This document shows, piece after piece, positions 1 through 12,775 of a DNA stretch of 32,104 nt. The position numbers and the translations under genes are program-made. Source of the stretch: Macrostomum lignano (Eukaryota); contig NIVC01000053.1 in the NCBI GenBank assembly GCA_002269645.1, positions 1 to 32,104 on the forward strand, given 5' to 3'. A model generated the notes under the pieces. That model saw nothing but the letters and a program-made list of their open reading frames with translations, had not been told where the DNA came from and made no database searches. Numbering within the stretch: position 1 is the stretch's first letter; each line of letters starts with the position of its first letter.

Positions 1-357
1 TTAGCCGCCATGGACTTCTAGAGATTGAACATCTGGATGGGGAAACTTACCTACTGTTGTATTGAAAGCAATAGGGCTTCTGTCTGTCTGTTGCCCGTCC
101 TTCTACATCACCTCAGTTCCCCTAATTGAGCGCAGATGAGACAGTAGGCAGCTAGTCTGTCTCTGGCTGCCTGATGAAGCTGGAATGAAGCTGGGTCTCT
201 GGGTAAAAAGATTGTTGAGAAAATTGCTTTTCGGAAAGTGAAAATTCGCGTGCTGTTTGGGCTTGCGTTGCTTCATTGATTTTTTGTGTCGGCGCTAGCT
301 TGCTGCTTGCTGATGAGTTTTAGCGCCATGTGGCAAGCTGAACTCACACTCCCGCAC

Positions 358-1900
358 TCATTCACTGCCTCATTCACTGCCTCATCACAGTCTCATTCAC
401 TGTCTCGTTCACTGTGTCATTAACTGTGTCATTCACTGCCTCATTCACTATCTCATTCACAGTCTCATTCACAGCTTCATTCACTGTCCCATTCACTGCC
501 TCATTCACTGTCTCATTCACAGTCTCATTCACTGTCTCATTCACAGTCTCGTTCACTGCGTCATTCACTGTCTCATTCACAGTCTCGTTCACTGCGTCAT
601 CCACTGTCTCATTCACAGTCTCTTTCACTGTCTCATTCACAGCTTTATTCACTGTCCCATTCACTGCCTCATTCACTGTCTCATTCACAGTCTCATTCAC
701 AGCTTTATTCACTGTCCCATTCACTGTCTCATTCACTGTCTCATTCACAGTCTCATTCACAGCTTTATTCACTGTCCCATTCACTGTCCCATTCACTGTC
801 TCATTCACTGTCCCATTCACTGTCTCATTCACTGTCTCATTCACAGTCTCGTTCACTGCGTCATTCACTGTCTCATTCACAGTCTCGTTCACTGCGTCAT
901 TCACTGTCTCATTCACAGTCTCGTTCACTGCGTCATTCACTGTCTCATTCACAGTCTCGTTCACTGCGTCATTCACTGTCTCTTTCACAGTCTCTTTCAC
1001 TGTCTCATTCACAGCTTCATTCACTGTCCCATTCACTGCCTCATTCACTGTCTCATTCACAGTCTCATTCACAGCTTTATTCACTGTCCCATTCACTGTC
1101 TCATTCACTGTCTCATTCACAGTCTCATTCACAGCTTTATTCACTGTCCCATTCACTGTCTCATTCACTGTCTCATTCACTGTCCCATTCACTGTCTCAT
1201 TCACTGTCTCATTCACAGTCTCGTTCACTGCGTCATTCACTGTCTCATTCACAGTCTCGTTCACTGTCTCATTCACAGTCTCATTCACTGCCTCATTCAC
1301 AGTCTCATTCACAGCCTCATTCACTGCCTCATTCACTGCCTCATTCACTGTCTCATTCACAGTCTCATTCACAGTCTCATTCACAGTCTCATTTACTGCC
1401 TCATTCACTGTCTCATTCACAGTCTCATTCACAGCTTCATTCACAGTCCCATTCACTGCCTCATTCACTCTCATTCACTGCCTCATTCACTCTCATTCAT
1501 TGTCTCGTTCACTGTGTCATTAACTGTGTCATTCACTGCCTCATTCACTATCTCATTCACAGTCTCATTCACAGCTTCATTCACTGTCCCATTCACTGCC
1601 TCATTCACTGTCTCATTCACAGTCTCATTCACAGCTTTATTCACTGTCCATTCACTGTCTCATTCACTGCCTCATTCACTGTCTCGTTCACTGCCTCATT
1701 CACTGCCTCATTCACTGCCTCATTCACTGCCTCATTCACTGTCCCATTACTGTGTAATACACCGTCTCATTCACTGTGTCATTCACTGTTTCCTTCAAAG
1801 TCTCATTCACCGCCTCATTAACTTCCTCATTCACTGTCTCATTTACTCTCATTCACTGTCATTCACTGTCTCATTCACTGCATCATTCACTCTCATTCAC
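358..1900. repeat. 12-bp minisatellite (TCATTCACTGTC and variants), ~1.5 kb
   Basis: Direct inspection; source of ORFs 374-1474 and 414-1523. Confidence 0.97.
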
Positions 1901-2283
1901 CGTCACAAATTTCAAAAGGGAGTTATGCATTACGATACAAAGTATTCAGTCTAAGCATTTGATAAAAAATTGCATGTCAAAAATTGATTGGACACTGGAG
2001 AGATGCGTTGGTATTCGTGCCGTCCGAAGTCCCTGGGAGATCATCTAAGGCGCTGTTCTCATTAGTTCAGCCTATTCAGCCAAGCTGATTCCACTCCTCC
2101 CATGCTACGGTTGAGATTGTTGCTGTTTATGGTTTTTAAAGTGCGAATTTCTGTGTCTGGCTGGCATTATCTTTTAATCCCTGACTCCTGAATCCTGCAG
2201 ATTCCTATTTTTAATTATTATCACCAATTTTATAAACTGCAGAATATACATGTGTAAAATTAAAGCTTATTGATAGCAGCTGA

Positions 2284-2695
2284 GGTGTGAATGTCAGTGG
2301 TTGGGGTGTGAATGCCTGTGTCTGGGGTGTGAATGACTGTGGCTGGGTGTGAATCTGGGGTGTGAATGACTATGGGTGTGACTGACTGTCGCTGGGTGTG
2401 AATAACTGTAGCTAGGGTGTGAATGACTGTGGCTGGGGTGTGAATGACTGTGTCTGGTGTGTGAATGACTGTGGCTGGGTGTGAATGACTGTGTCTGGTG
2501 TGTGAATGACTGTGGCTGGGGTGTGAATGACTGTGGCTGGGTGTGAATGACTGTGGCTGGGTGTGAATGGCTGTGGCTGGTGTGTGAATGGCTGTGATTG
2601 GGTGTGAATGGCTGTGGCTGGGGTATGAATGGATGTGGCTGGGGTATGAATGGCTGTGACTGGGTGTGAATGACTGGGGCTGGTGTGTGAATGAC
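2284..2695. repeat. ~19-22-bp minisatellite (GGGTGTGAATGACTGTGGCT)
   Basis: Direct inspection. Confidence 0.95.
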
Positions 2696-2783
2696 ATTGG
2701 CTGGGCTCGGATATAGGGGCCAACTGGGATCAGACCCCAGCATAAAAAATTGCGTCATATAAAACTTTCCAACCTTCTGGCAG

Positions 2784-2893
2784 CACTCGGTTCGCCTGCA
2801 GTTCAACGAGGCCTCCCCATTGTCGAGCTGGCGTCAGCAGCAGGCGGGCGAGCAGCAGAAGGCGCTGACCTTCCAGTGCTCCGGCTATGCCAG
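2784..2893 (+). CDS. PDE2A: PDE2 exon, N-terminal region (HSVRLQFNEASPLSSWRQQQAGEQQKALTFQCSGYA-R)
   Basis: CAG acceptor, AG|GTGAGG donor, strong GC3 bias; its phase-2 end matches the next exon. Homology is weak. Confidence 0.65.
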
Positions 2894-2970
2894 GTGAGGC
2901 GGACAGGGAGCTGATGCGGGTGTCTTCTGCTTCTGGCTTGCTGTTAGTGCTTTTGTGTACTTTTATTGGC

Positions 2971-3360
2971 TATTGTGTCTAATGTGCATTCAATATTGTG
3001 TCTAATGTGCATTCAATATTGTGTCTAATGTGCATTCAATATTGTGTCTAATGTGCATTCAATATTGTGTCTAATGTGCATTCAACATCGTGTCTAATGT
3101 GCATTCAATATTGTGTCTAATGTGAATTCAATATTGTGTCTAATGTGCATTCAATATTGTGTCTAATGTGCATTCAATATTGTGTCTAATGTGCATTCAA
3201 TATTGTGTCTAATGTGCATTCAATATTGTGTCTAATGTGCATTCAATATTGTGTCTAATTTGCATTCAATATTGTGTCTAATGTGCATTCAATATTGTGT
3301 CTAATGTGCATTCAATATTGTGTCTAATTTGCATTCAATATTGTGTCTAATGTGCATTCA
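2971..3360. repeat. 23-bp minisatellite (TATTGTGTCTAATGTGCATTCAA), ~17 copies
   Basis: Direct inspection; near-perfect units. Confidence 0.97.
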
Positions 3361-3789
3361 CACGCACGCAGACTTCTGCAAATCTGCTTCAAGCATTGCC
3401 GGCTAGTGTTCCCATATGCCCGACCCTTTTCTTCTGTACTACTGGTAGTTATATAAATTAACTGCTAGATTAGTCTTAGAGACAGAAGACCCAATGCAGC
3501 AGGACCAACAGGTGTTTCTGATTTCTGCCCAAAAGCAGATAGGAAAAGAATTTTTGGCCTGTCCGACCATCCGTCACGAATCCACTCCGATCCGCCACGA
3601 TGCGCAATCGGCCTCTGCCCCAGATTCCTCCAAAGATATAAAATATGTTCCGATTTGCGTGCAGCAAGCATTGCAGCCTCCATCCGCAGAGTTGCGGCTC
3701 CGGGTCTGGCGGGCACCTCGTGACAATCAGCTGATTTTGAGTCTGGCGCAACTGCTGCGTGTCAATTACAGCCTGTCTGAGTGCACCCC

Positions 3790-4627
<838 letters not shown>

Positions 4628-4957
4628 TTTGTTTATGTTTATGTCTCGCCTCTTTACCTTTCCCACCTTTTCAGTTATCCCAGCCCTTATTTCCTTTTCC
4701 TGACTCACCGTGCCGCAGACTGTCGCTCTGAGTCGGGAACTTTTTTCTATACTGTGGGGGGTTTGTCGTAAATCAAAAGTTTTATGGCTACCGCTGCATT
4801 ATTAACCGTCTCCCCTTGCTCTCTCTCTCTCTCCGTATCGTTCCTGCAGAAATCAGTTTTTTATTACAGATAGGTTAAACTTTTAACGCGCAGGCTTGGA
4901 AGTTTTACTAAATCTTGCTGCTGCAAATGTACTTTTATTTCTATTCGCCCGCCGCAG

Positions 4958-5070
4958 AACTCTGGCCGGCACCGGCGCCGTCACGCTGCTGGACGCGGCG
5001 GCTTTTCGCGACTTTGCGGACGAAGCGACGCGGCTGTTCGGCGCACCGCCGCCTGGCGGCTGCACACAGG
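4958..5070 (+). CDS. PDE2A: PDE2 exon, N-terminal region (TLAGTGAVTLLDAAAFRDFADEATRLFGAPPPGGCTQ-G)
   Basis: ccgcag acceptor, GTGAGC donor, GC3-rich, phase 2 to 1. Confidence 0.75.
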
Positions 5071-5094
5071 GTGAGCCGGGCTGCTCAGGGTGCT

Positions 5095-5480
5095 GTTTCT
5101 GTTTCTGGGACTTCCCTCTGGGGGTTTCTGTTTTGGGAATTCCGTCTGGGGGTTTCTGTTTTGGGAATTCCCTCTGGTGGTTTCAGTTTTGAGAATTCCC
5201 TCTGGTGGTTTCAGTTTTGAGAATTCCCTCTGGTGGTTTCAGTTTTGAGAATTCCCTCTGGGATTTCCGTTTTGAGAATTCCCTCCGGTGGTTTCTGTCT
5301 TGGGAACTTCCCTGGTGGTTTCTGTTTTGGGAATTCCCTCTGGGATTTCCGCTTTGAGAATTCCCTCTTTTGGTTTCAGTTTTGAGAATTCCCTCTGGTG
5401 GTTTCTGTTTCGGGAATTCCCGTTGGGGATTCGCCATTACGGGATTCCCTATGGTGATTTCCGTTTTCTGGAATTCCCTT
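5095..5480. repeat. ~28-bp degenerate minisatellite (GRGAATTCCCTCTGGTGGTTTCWGTTTT)
   Basis: Direct inspection. Confidence 0.9.
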
Positions 5481-5704
5481 CATTGGGTCTCCTTTAGGGG
5501 ATTCCTATTGAGGCCTGCTAGGTGATCACACCAGAGCGTCCGCCGCCAGCGCTACTGTAAGTTAAGCAGAGTTGGTCTCGGTTAGCACTGCTGTACGAAA
5601 AGTGTTTTTCGAATTACCATAATTTCGCTTAGGCTTGCTAAATAGAGTTACTCAATGCAATTTAGTTTCTATGGTCTTTCTCAATATTTTCCACCGCACT
5701 GCAG

Positions 5705-5754
5705 GCCTGGTGATTCCTGTCGGGGACCGGAGCACATCGCATTGCCTGCTCACG
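5705..5754 (+). CDS. PDE2A: PDE2 exon (GLVIPVGDRSTSHCLLT)
   Basis: ctgcag acceptor, ACG|GTAAGT donor, phase 1 to 0; resembles PDE2A VLVMPLADK segment. Confidence 0.8.
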
Positions 5755-6389
5755 GTAAGTGGTAGACTGTGCTCACACAGTGCTCACATTGTGCTCAGCA
5801 CTGCTCTTTATTCAATCAAGGCCTCAATGTTTGCAGCCCGCCATTTCATCTAGCTTATCCGCGCCAGGGTCTATTGTGCTCAATCTCATTCTTGCCCAGC
5901 CTCCTGCTCAAGTCTCGTGTCAGAGTCCAGCTGTGTGAGGAGCTGCGGGTTGAGGGCACCCGCGATCACGAACTAGGATCTGGATTGCCAGCTTCTTCCT
6001 CAAGGCCTTCATTTTCAGACATTTTCAAAGTTTCTCTGCCTCCTCCTAATCGCTAAACTCATCCTAAATTAAGCTATTTTTGCGTAGCAAAGCTTTAATA
6101 AACTCAACTGCAGTTTCAATATCAATAAGTCAAATACAGATTTTTTAATTTTTAGCTTCACACAAACAATTCTTGATGTAGAATCGGTTTTTTAAAAATC
6201 TACGATCAAGCGATACAAGGGTTTTAGATGATGAAGGAGTCGGCCCCTCCAGATGCTGGGTTACTAAGATCGCTTTGACTCTTTCCCAGTCTCACTTACT
6301 GGCCATCGCGTCCAACCTCCGCTCCGCTCCCCGTCCCGGACACCTCCCCCTGCCTTTCTTTTCATTTCATAATGCCGTCTCTACTCAAG

Positions 6390-6452
6390 GCCTACCCAGC
6401 TGAGGAGGTGACTGAGCGGCACAGAGCGAGCATGGAGAGCCTCAGGAGACAG
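6390..6452 (+). CDS. PDE2A: PDE2 exon (AYPAEEVTERHRASMESLRRQ)
   Basis: ctcaag acceptor, CAG|GTGAGT donor, phase 0 to 0, open frame. Confidence 0.75.
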
Positions 6453-6705
6453 GTGAGTAAGATCATCATTAATTACTCTGCATCTTAATTAAGGAGACGG
6501 CGGCTCAGGGAAAGGCTTCGACGCTTTCAATATGAGACTGCGCCGTCATTTTGAAGCTGTTTGGTTAATTAAGAAAACTCATGACCAGCTGCCGCCATCT
6601 GCGCCTCAGTCTGCCACAGTGACTGTTTATCAAAATGAAGTACCTGTGAGGTACGCTGGCCTCACCCTGCTCACGTCTACCTTTAACTGACTGATCCTTT
6701 GATTG

Positions 6706-7652
6706 TCGCTTCCTATATCCTTCAGTTGCCTTCCTTCCCAATCCTTCAGTTGCCTACCTTCCCGTTCCTTCAGTTGCCTACCTTCCCGATCCTTCAGTTG
6801 CCTTCCTTCCCGATCCTTCAGTAGCCTTCCTTCCCCATCCTTCAGTTGCCTTCCTTCCCGATCCTTCAGTAGCCTTCCTTCCCCATCCTTCAGTTGCCTT
6901 CCTTCCCGATCCTTCAGTTGCCTTCCTTCCCGATCCTTCAGTTGCCTTCCTTCCCGATCCTTCAGTTGCCTTCCTTCCCCATCCTTCAGTAGCCTTCCTT
7001 CCCGTTCCTTCAGTTGCCTTCCTTCCCGATCCTTCAGTTGCCTTCCTTCCCGATCCTTCAGTTGCCTTCCTTCCCGATCCTTCAGTAGCCTTCCTTCCCC
7101 ATCCTTCAGTTGCCCCTTCCCGATCCTTCAGTAGCCTTCCTTCCCGATCCTTCAGTAGCCTTCCTTCCCGATCCTTCAGTTGTCCCTTCCCGATCCTTCA
7201 GTTGCCTTCCTTCCCGTTCCTTCAGTTGCCTTCCTTCCCGATCCTTCAGTAGCCTTCCTTCCCGATCCTTCAGTAGCCTTCCTTCCCGATCCTTCAGTTG
7301 CCTTCCTTCCCGATCATTCAGTTGCCTTCCTTCCCCATCCTTCAGTTGCCCCTTCCCGATCCTTCAGTAGCCTTCCTTCCCGATCCTTCAGTTGCCTTCC
7401 TTCCCCATCCTTCAGTTGCCCCTTCCCGATCCTTCAGTTGTCCCTTCCCGATCCTTCAGTTGCCGATTCCCGATCTTTCAGTTGTCCCTTCCCGATCCTT
7501 CAGTTGCCTTCCTTCCCGATCCTTCAGTTGCCGATTTCCGATCCTTCAGTTGCCGATTCCCGATCCTTCAGTTGCCCCTTCCCGATCCTTCAGTAGCCTT
7601 CCTTCCCGATCCTTCAGTTGCCGATTCCCGATCCTTCAGTTGCCCCTTCCCG
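6706..7652. repeat. 24-bp (later 20-bp) minisatellite (CCTTCCCGATCCTTCAGTTGCCTT)
   Basis: Direct inspection. Confidence 0.97.
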
Positions 7653-7723
7653 CCCCTTCAGCTGGCATCTTTCGCAACTCTATTGCTAGCAAAAGTCTCA
7701 CAATTACTAACAATGCCATTCAG

Positions 7724-7898
7724 CTGGATGCCACCTGCTCGCGGTTAATCCGCCTGGCTTCGATGGGCTTCTCAGGCAGCGGCGGCAGAGCTCCCGCCAC
7801 TGCGGCTGCGGACGGTGGCGCCCTGGCGTCGACTCCAACCGCCGCAGGTTCCGCGCCGCTGCTTCAGTCTGACTGCCATCCAATACTCGCCCTGTGCG
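7724..7898 (+). CDS. PDE2A: PDE2 exon, Ala/Gly-rich linker into GAF-A (LDATCSRLIRL...DCHPILALC-G)
   Basis: Branch-like actaac plus ttcag acceptor, GTGAGA donor; end matches PDE2A ILQLCG. Confidence 0.85.
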
Positions 7899-7939
7899 GT
7901 GAGAAATCTGACTGGTTTATTGCCCTTTGTTGCATGTTG

Positions 7940-8268
7940 TGAGCGATTCTCCAGGTGTGGGCTATGAGCGATTATCCAGGTGTGGGCTATGAGCGATTTT
8001 CTAGGTGAGGGCTATGAGCGATTATCCAGGTGTGGGCGTTGAGCGATTATCCAGGTGTGGGCTATGAGCGATTTTCCAGATGTGGGCTATGAGCGATTAT
8101 CCAGGTGTGGGCTATGAGCGATTTTCCAGATGTGGGCTATGAGCGATTATCCAGGTGTGGGCTATGAGCTATTCTCCGGGTGTGGGCTATGAGCGATTCT
8201 CCGGGTGTGAGCTATGAGCGATTCTCCGGGTGTAGGCTATGAGCGATTCTCCAGGTCTGGGCTATGAG
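7940..8268. repeat. 25-bp minisatellite (GAGCGATTATCCAGGTGTGGGCTAT), ~13 copies
   Basis: Direct inspection. Confidence 0.96.
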
Positions 8269-8409
8269 TGACTCTTTAAGTGTTTGACCGCTGAGCAATT
8301 TCTCTGCTGACTCTCTCTTGTTGAATCAAAGCATTTTTAATGTTTATAGCATAAAAAGAATTCCTAAGAATTGCAAAAAGTCGCAACCGGCAAATCCTTG
8401 CTGTTTTAG

Positions 8410-8462
8410 GCGAGCTCTACGACCAGGACTCGGAGCACCTGCAGCTGAAAGTAATCAAATAT
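8410..8462 (+). CDS. PDE2A: PDE2 exon, GAF-A (GELYDQDSEHLQLKVIKY)
   Basis: ttttag acceptor, GTAAGA donor; matches PDE2A GELYDLDASSLQLKVLQY. Confidence 0.95.
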
Positions 8463-8553
8463 GTAAGACCGCTTCTTCAATTATTTGTTTTAGACCTATC
8501 GCTACAGCTGCCCCTGCATCTTAACTTCAAAACAAGCCCACGCTGTGTTTCAG

Positions 8554-8628
8554 CTGAAAAATCGCATTAACTGCGAGACCGGATTTCTATTGCTCGTGTC
8601 GCAGGACAGGGCGCATGTGTTCTGTCAG
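8554..8628 (+). CDS. PDE2A: PDE2 exon, GAF-A (LKNRINCETGFLLLVSQDRAHVFCQ)
   Basis: tttcag acceptor, CAG|GTAAGG donor; matches CCLLLVSEDNLQLSCK. Confidence 0.93.
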
Positions 8629-8644
8629 GTAAGGGGCGGGAGAA

Positions 8645-9290
8645 ACGGGCGAGAGGGGGAAGGAATTTACACTCTCTGATTGGATAGGGAGTGAGAGAGA
8701 AGGAATGTACACTCTTTGGGCTGGGCTGGATAGGGGAAGAGGGAAGGGATGTACACTCTCTGAGTGAATAGGGGGAGAGAGGGAAAGAATGTACACTCTC
8801 TGATTGGATAGGGAGAGAGAGAAGGAATGTACATTCTCTGATTGGATAGGGAGAGAGAGAGAAGGAATGTACACTCTCTGATTGGATAGGGAGAGAGAGA
8901 AGGAATGTACACTCTCTGATTGGATAGGGAGAGAGAGAAGGAATGTACGCTCTCTGGGCTGGGTGGATAGGGCGAGAGAGGGAAGGAATGTACACTCTTT
9001 GGGCTGGGTGGATAGGTGGAGAGGGGGAAGGGATGTACACTCTCTGGGTGGATAGAGGGAAAGAGGGAAGGAATGTACACTCTCTGGGCTGGGCGGATAG
9101 GACGAGAGAGGGAAGGAATGTACACTCTTTGGGCTGGGTGGATAGGTGGAGAGGGGGAAGGGATGTACACTCTCTGGGTGGATAGAGGGAAAGAGGGAAG
9201 GAATGTATCTAAGCTGGGTGGATAGGACGAGAGAGGGGACAAATATACACTCTCTGAGTGTATAGGGGGAGTGAAAAGGAAGGAATGTAC
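8645..9290. repeat. 38-45-bp purine-rich minisatellite (AAGGAATGTACACTCTCTGATTGGATAGGGAGAGAGAG)
   Basis: Direct inspection. Confidence 0.93.
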
Positions 9291-9427
9291 ACTCAGGCTG
9301 TATAAAGAAAATGAAGAAATTTCCTTATGAAAAGTACCAATGAATGAATGCCTGGCTATGAGGAATGCAGGAAATGAGCAAAGCCAAAGCCTTAATCTCA
9401 AACAGCGTCCGTCCCACAACTTTTCAG

Positions 9428-9469
9428 GTCGTGGGCGATAGCATTCTGCCGGATCAGATTCACATCGGT
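9428..9469 (+). CDS. PDE2A: PDE2 exon, GAF-A (VVGDSILPDQIHIG)
   Basis: ttttcag acceptor, GTACGT donor; matches VIGDKVLGEEVSFP. Confidence 0.88.
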
Positions 9470-9677
9470 GTACGTATTGATTGATTGCCCAGACCAAGAG
9501 TTGATGGCGCTGAGGATGCTGGACAAAGAAAATTTTAAACTTAGGCACTAATGAAATTCTCTCCTAGTCAAGGCCTTCTTCTTTTAAAGCAAACAGATTC
9601 TGAGCTTCAGAAGGTAGCCTGAATGCAGACAGAATTCTGGCCATTGAAGCCCGCTTTTATCTTCCCTGAATTCCAGT

Positions 9678-10615
9678 TTCTTGTCTACTTGTCTACTCTT
9701 TAAATCTACTTTTTTAATCTACTTGTCTACTTCTTGGATCTACTTGTCTACTTCTTGAATCTACTCATATACTCTGTGAATCTACTTGTCTACTTCTTGA
9801 ATCTACTTGTCTACTTCTTGAATCTACTTGACTACTCTTTGAATCTGCTTGTCTACTCTTTGAATCTACTTGACTACTCTTTGAATCTGCTTGTCTAATC
9901 TTTGAATCTACTTGACTACTCTTTGAATCTGCTTGTCTACTCTTTGAATCTGCTTGTCTACTCTTTGAATCTGCTTGTCTACTTCTTGAATCTACTTGTG
10001 TACTTCTTGAATCTGCTTGTCTACTCTTTGAATCTGCTTGTCTACTCTTTGAATCTACTTGTCTACTCTTTGAATCTACTTGTCTACTCTTTGAATCTGC
10101 TTGTCTACTCTTTGAATCTACTTGACTACTCTTTGAATCTGCTTGTCTACTCTTTGTTGAATCTGGTTGTCTACTCTTTGTTGAATCTGCTTGTCTACTC
10201 TTTGTTGAATCTGGTTGTCTACTCTTTGTTGAATCTGGTTGTCTACTCTTTGTTGAATCTGGTTGTCTACTCTTTGAATCTGCTTGTCTACTCTTTGAAT
10301 CTACTTGACTACTCTTTGAATCTGCTTGTCTACTCTTTGTTGAATCTGGTTGTCTACTCTTTGTTGAATCTGCTTGTCTACTCTTTGTTGAATCTGGTTG
10401 TCTACTCTTTGTTGAATCTGGTTGTCTACTCTTTGTTGAATCTGGTTGTCTACTCTTTGAATCTGCTTGTCTACTCTTTGAATCTACTTGACTACTCTTT
10501 GAATCTACTTGACTACTCTTTGAATCTGCTTGTCTACTTCTTGAATCTACTTGTCTACTTCTTGAATCTGCTTGTCTACTCTTTGAATCTGCTTGTCTAC
10601 TCTTTGAATCTGCTA
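9678..10615. repeat. 21/24-bp minisatellite (TTGAATCTACTTGTCTACTCT; TTGTTGAATCTGGTTGTCTACTCT)
   Basis: Direct inspection. Confidence 0.97.
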
Positions 10616-11189
10616 CTCCATTATGTTTATTGTTGAAGTCATTGGCACGCAGCCACTTGCCGGTACAGTCAGTCTCTCTACTGTTCACAGCATCACGAAC
10701 GCAGATATGCAGCACGAATGCGTCTTGACTAAAACAGTACAGTTGCATATCGCTATGCTCTGCCCTGCAAATTCCCCAGGAAATCTCAGACAGCTCAGGC
10801 CCCGGACTCAAGTCTGAGCATTCCGCCCTATCGAACTCTCATTAATTAGTTGACGCAAAACGGGGCTGTCAGTCTCTTCAGGCCGGCCAGTCTGAGCTGG
10901 GCTGCTCTGGTCAGCTGGGACTGCCAGCCGAGTTTCTGCCGCCGCGCTCAATTTCCTTTATTTGCTCCTGCCCCGCCGGCGCTCCGGCCGCATCTCCAGC
11001 TTCCTCTAGCGGATTAAGGGGGGTGTCTTCTGTCTCTCCCCTCTCTCTTCCTGCGTGTAGTTTCTACGAATGCGCGCAAAAATGCAATTTAGAAATCTTG
11101 AAAGGAATTTTTCTCTGTGAGCTAAAATTAATCTGCGACTGGGACTGCGTTTGAGTTGTCCCCATCTCCCTTTGCCGACTCGGTGTGTG

Positions 11190-11891
<702 letters not shown>

Positions 11892-12158
11892 GACTCAAAG
11901 GCCAGATCTATGACTTCAATGCTTTCTGGTCCATCTGAAATCCACCTATTCACACACATTCGGACGGCTGTTCTGCGATTAGGTGGCCCATTCCATTTAT
12001 GAATTTAAGAATATCTATTTATGATGCATTCTATGCGAGTTTAGTCGAGAGATTCCTGATGTGCATATTCAATATATGTCATTAGTAGTAGCCTGATTAC
12101 GTTTTAATTTCATCGTTTCATACAAAGCAAGGAAGAAAAAATCCAAAAAAAATTTCAG

Positions 12159-12227
12159 GCCCACATGAATTTTTTTGAAACCATGATTGAAAGCAGCAAG
12201 TCGCACTACCTGGATGACATACCGCAA
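12159..12227 (+). CDS. PDE2A: PDE2 exon, GAF-A (AHMNFFETMIESSKSHYLDDIPQ)
   Basis: tttcag acceptor, GTGAGC donor, phase 0 to 0; aligns to CLGQVVEDKKSIQLKDLTS. Confidence 0.85.
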
Positions 12228-12290
12228 GTGAGCAATTTTTCACGCAATTCTTGCATACTCACCCCATACCACCTACACCCGTATTCACGC

Positions 12291-12535
12291 ACCCCTATTC
12301 ACACACAAACCCCTATTCACACACAAACCCCTATTCACAAACAAACCCCTATTCACACACAAACCACTATTCACAAACAAACCCCTATTCACACACAAAC
12401 CACTATTCACAAACAAACCCCTATTCACACACAAACCCCTATTCACAAACAAACCCCTATTCACACACAAACCTCTATTCACACACAAACCCCTATTCAC
12501 ACACACCCTTATTCACACAAACCCCTATTCACCCA
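12291..12535. repeat. 18-bp minisatellite (CCCCTATTCACACACAAA)
   Basis: Direct inspection. Confidence 0.96.
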
Positions 12536-12538
12536 CAG

Positions 12539-12675
12539 GAGCAGCTGGCTGACATCCAGTCGGTGCTCGGTGACTCGGTGTCCATCAGGTCGCTACTCTG
12601 CGTCCCGGTCACCAGCCGAGGCGCCTCCCAAGTGGTTGCCATCGCTTGCATGGTTAATAAATTATCGTCCGCCGA
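12539..12675 (+). CDS. PDE2A: PDE2 exon, GAF-A (EQLADIQSVLG...LLCVPVTSRGASQVVAIACMVNKLSSA-D)
   Basis: cacag acceptor, GTGAGC donor; strong match to [22 protein letters not shown]. Confidence 0.96.
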
Positions 12676-12775
12676 GTGAGCACAATTTTTTAAGCATAAA
12701 ATTCAAAACTTGCCTACTTTCAGTAGCATAAATGTTAAGATTTGCATCGATTTTCATTATTCTCCGCTACTAAAG

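Noticed and set aside
4-21. Perfect Kozak context GCCGCCATGG
   Set aside because: It is followed by a stop after three codons (M-D-F), and there is no evidence that it lies in a transcript.
4709-4751. Minus-strand exon-like segment (cccccacag ... ACG|GTGAGT), possible nested antisense gene with ORFs at 3465-3751
   Set aside because: The peptides have no recognisable homology and no consistent multi-exon model could be built. Isolated splice-like sites are expected by chance.
5163-5421. Three perfect NF-kB palindromes GGGAATTCCC in the 28-bp array
   Set aside because: They are a by-product of the repeat unit (most copies read GAGAATTCCC), and there is no evidence of function or that this organism has NF-kB.
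5890-6056. Open frame ...KSRVRVQLCEELRVEG... as an extra PDE2 exon
   Set aside because: No convincing donor, and exons 5705-5754 and 6390-6452 join in phase without it.
10623-10817. ORF with ITNADMQ, weakly like PDE2A LTSEDVQ
   Set aside because: Exons 12159-12227 and 12539-12675 already cover that segment with correct phases, and there are no good splice sites here.
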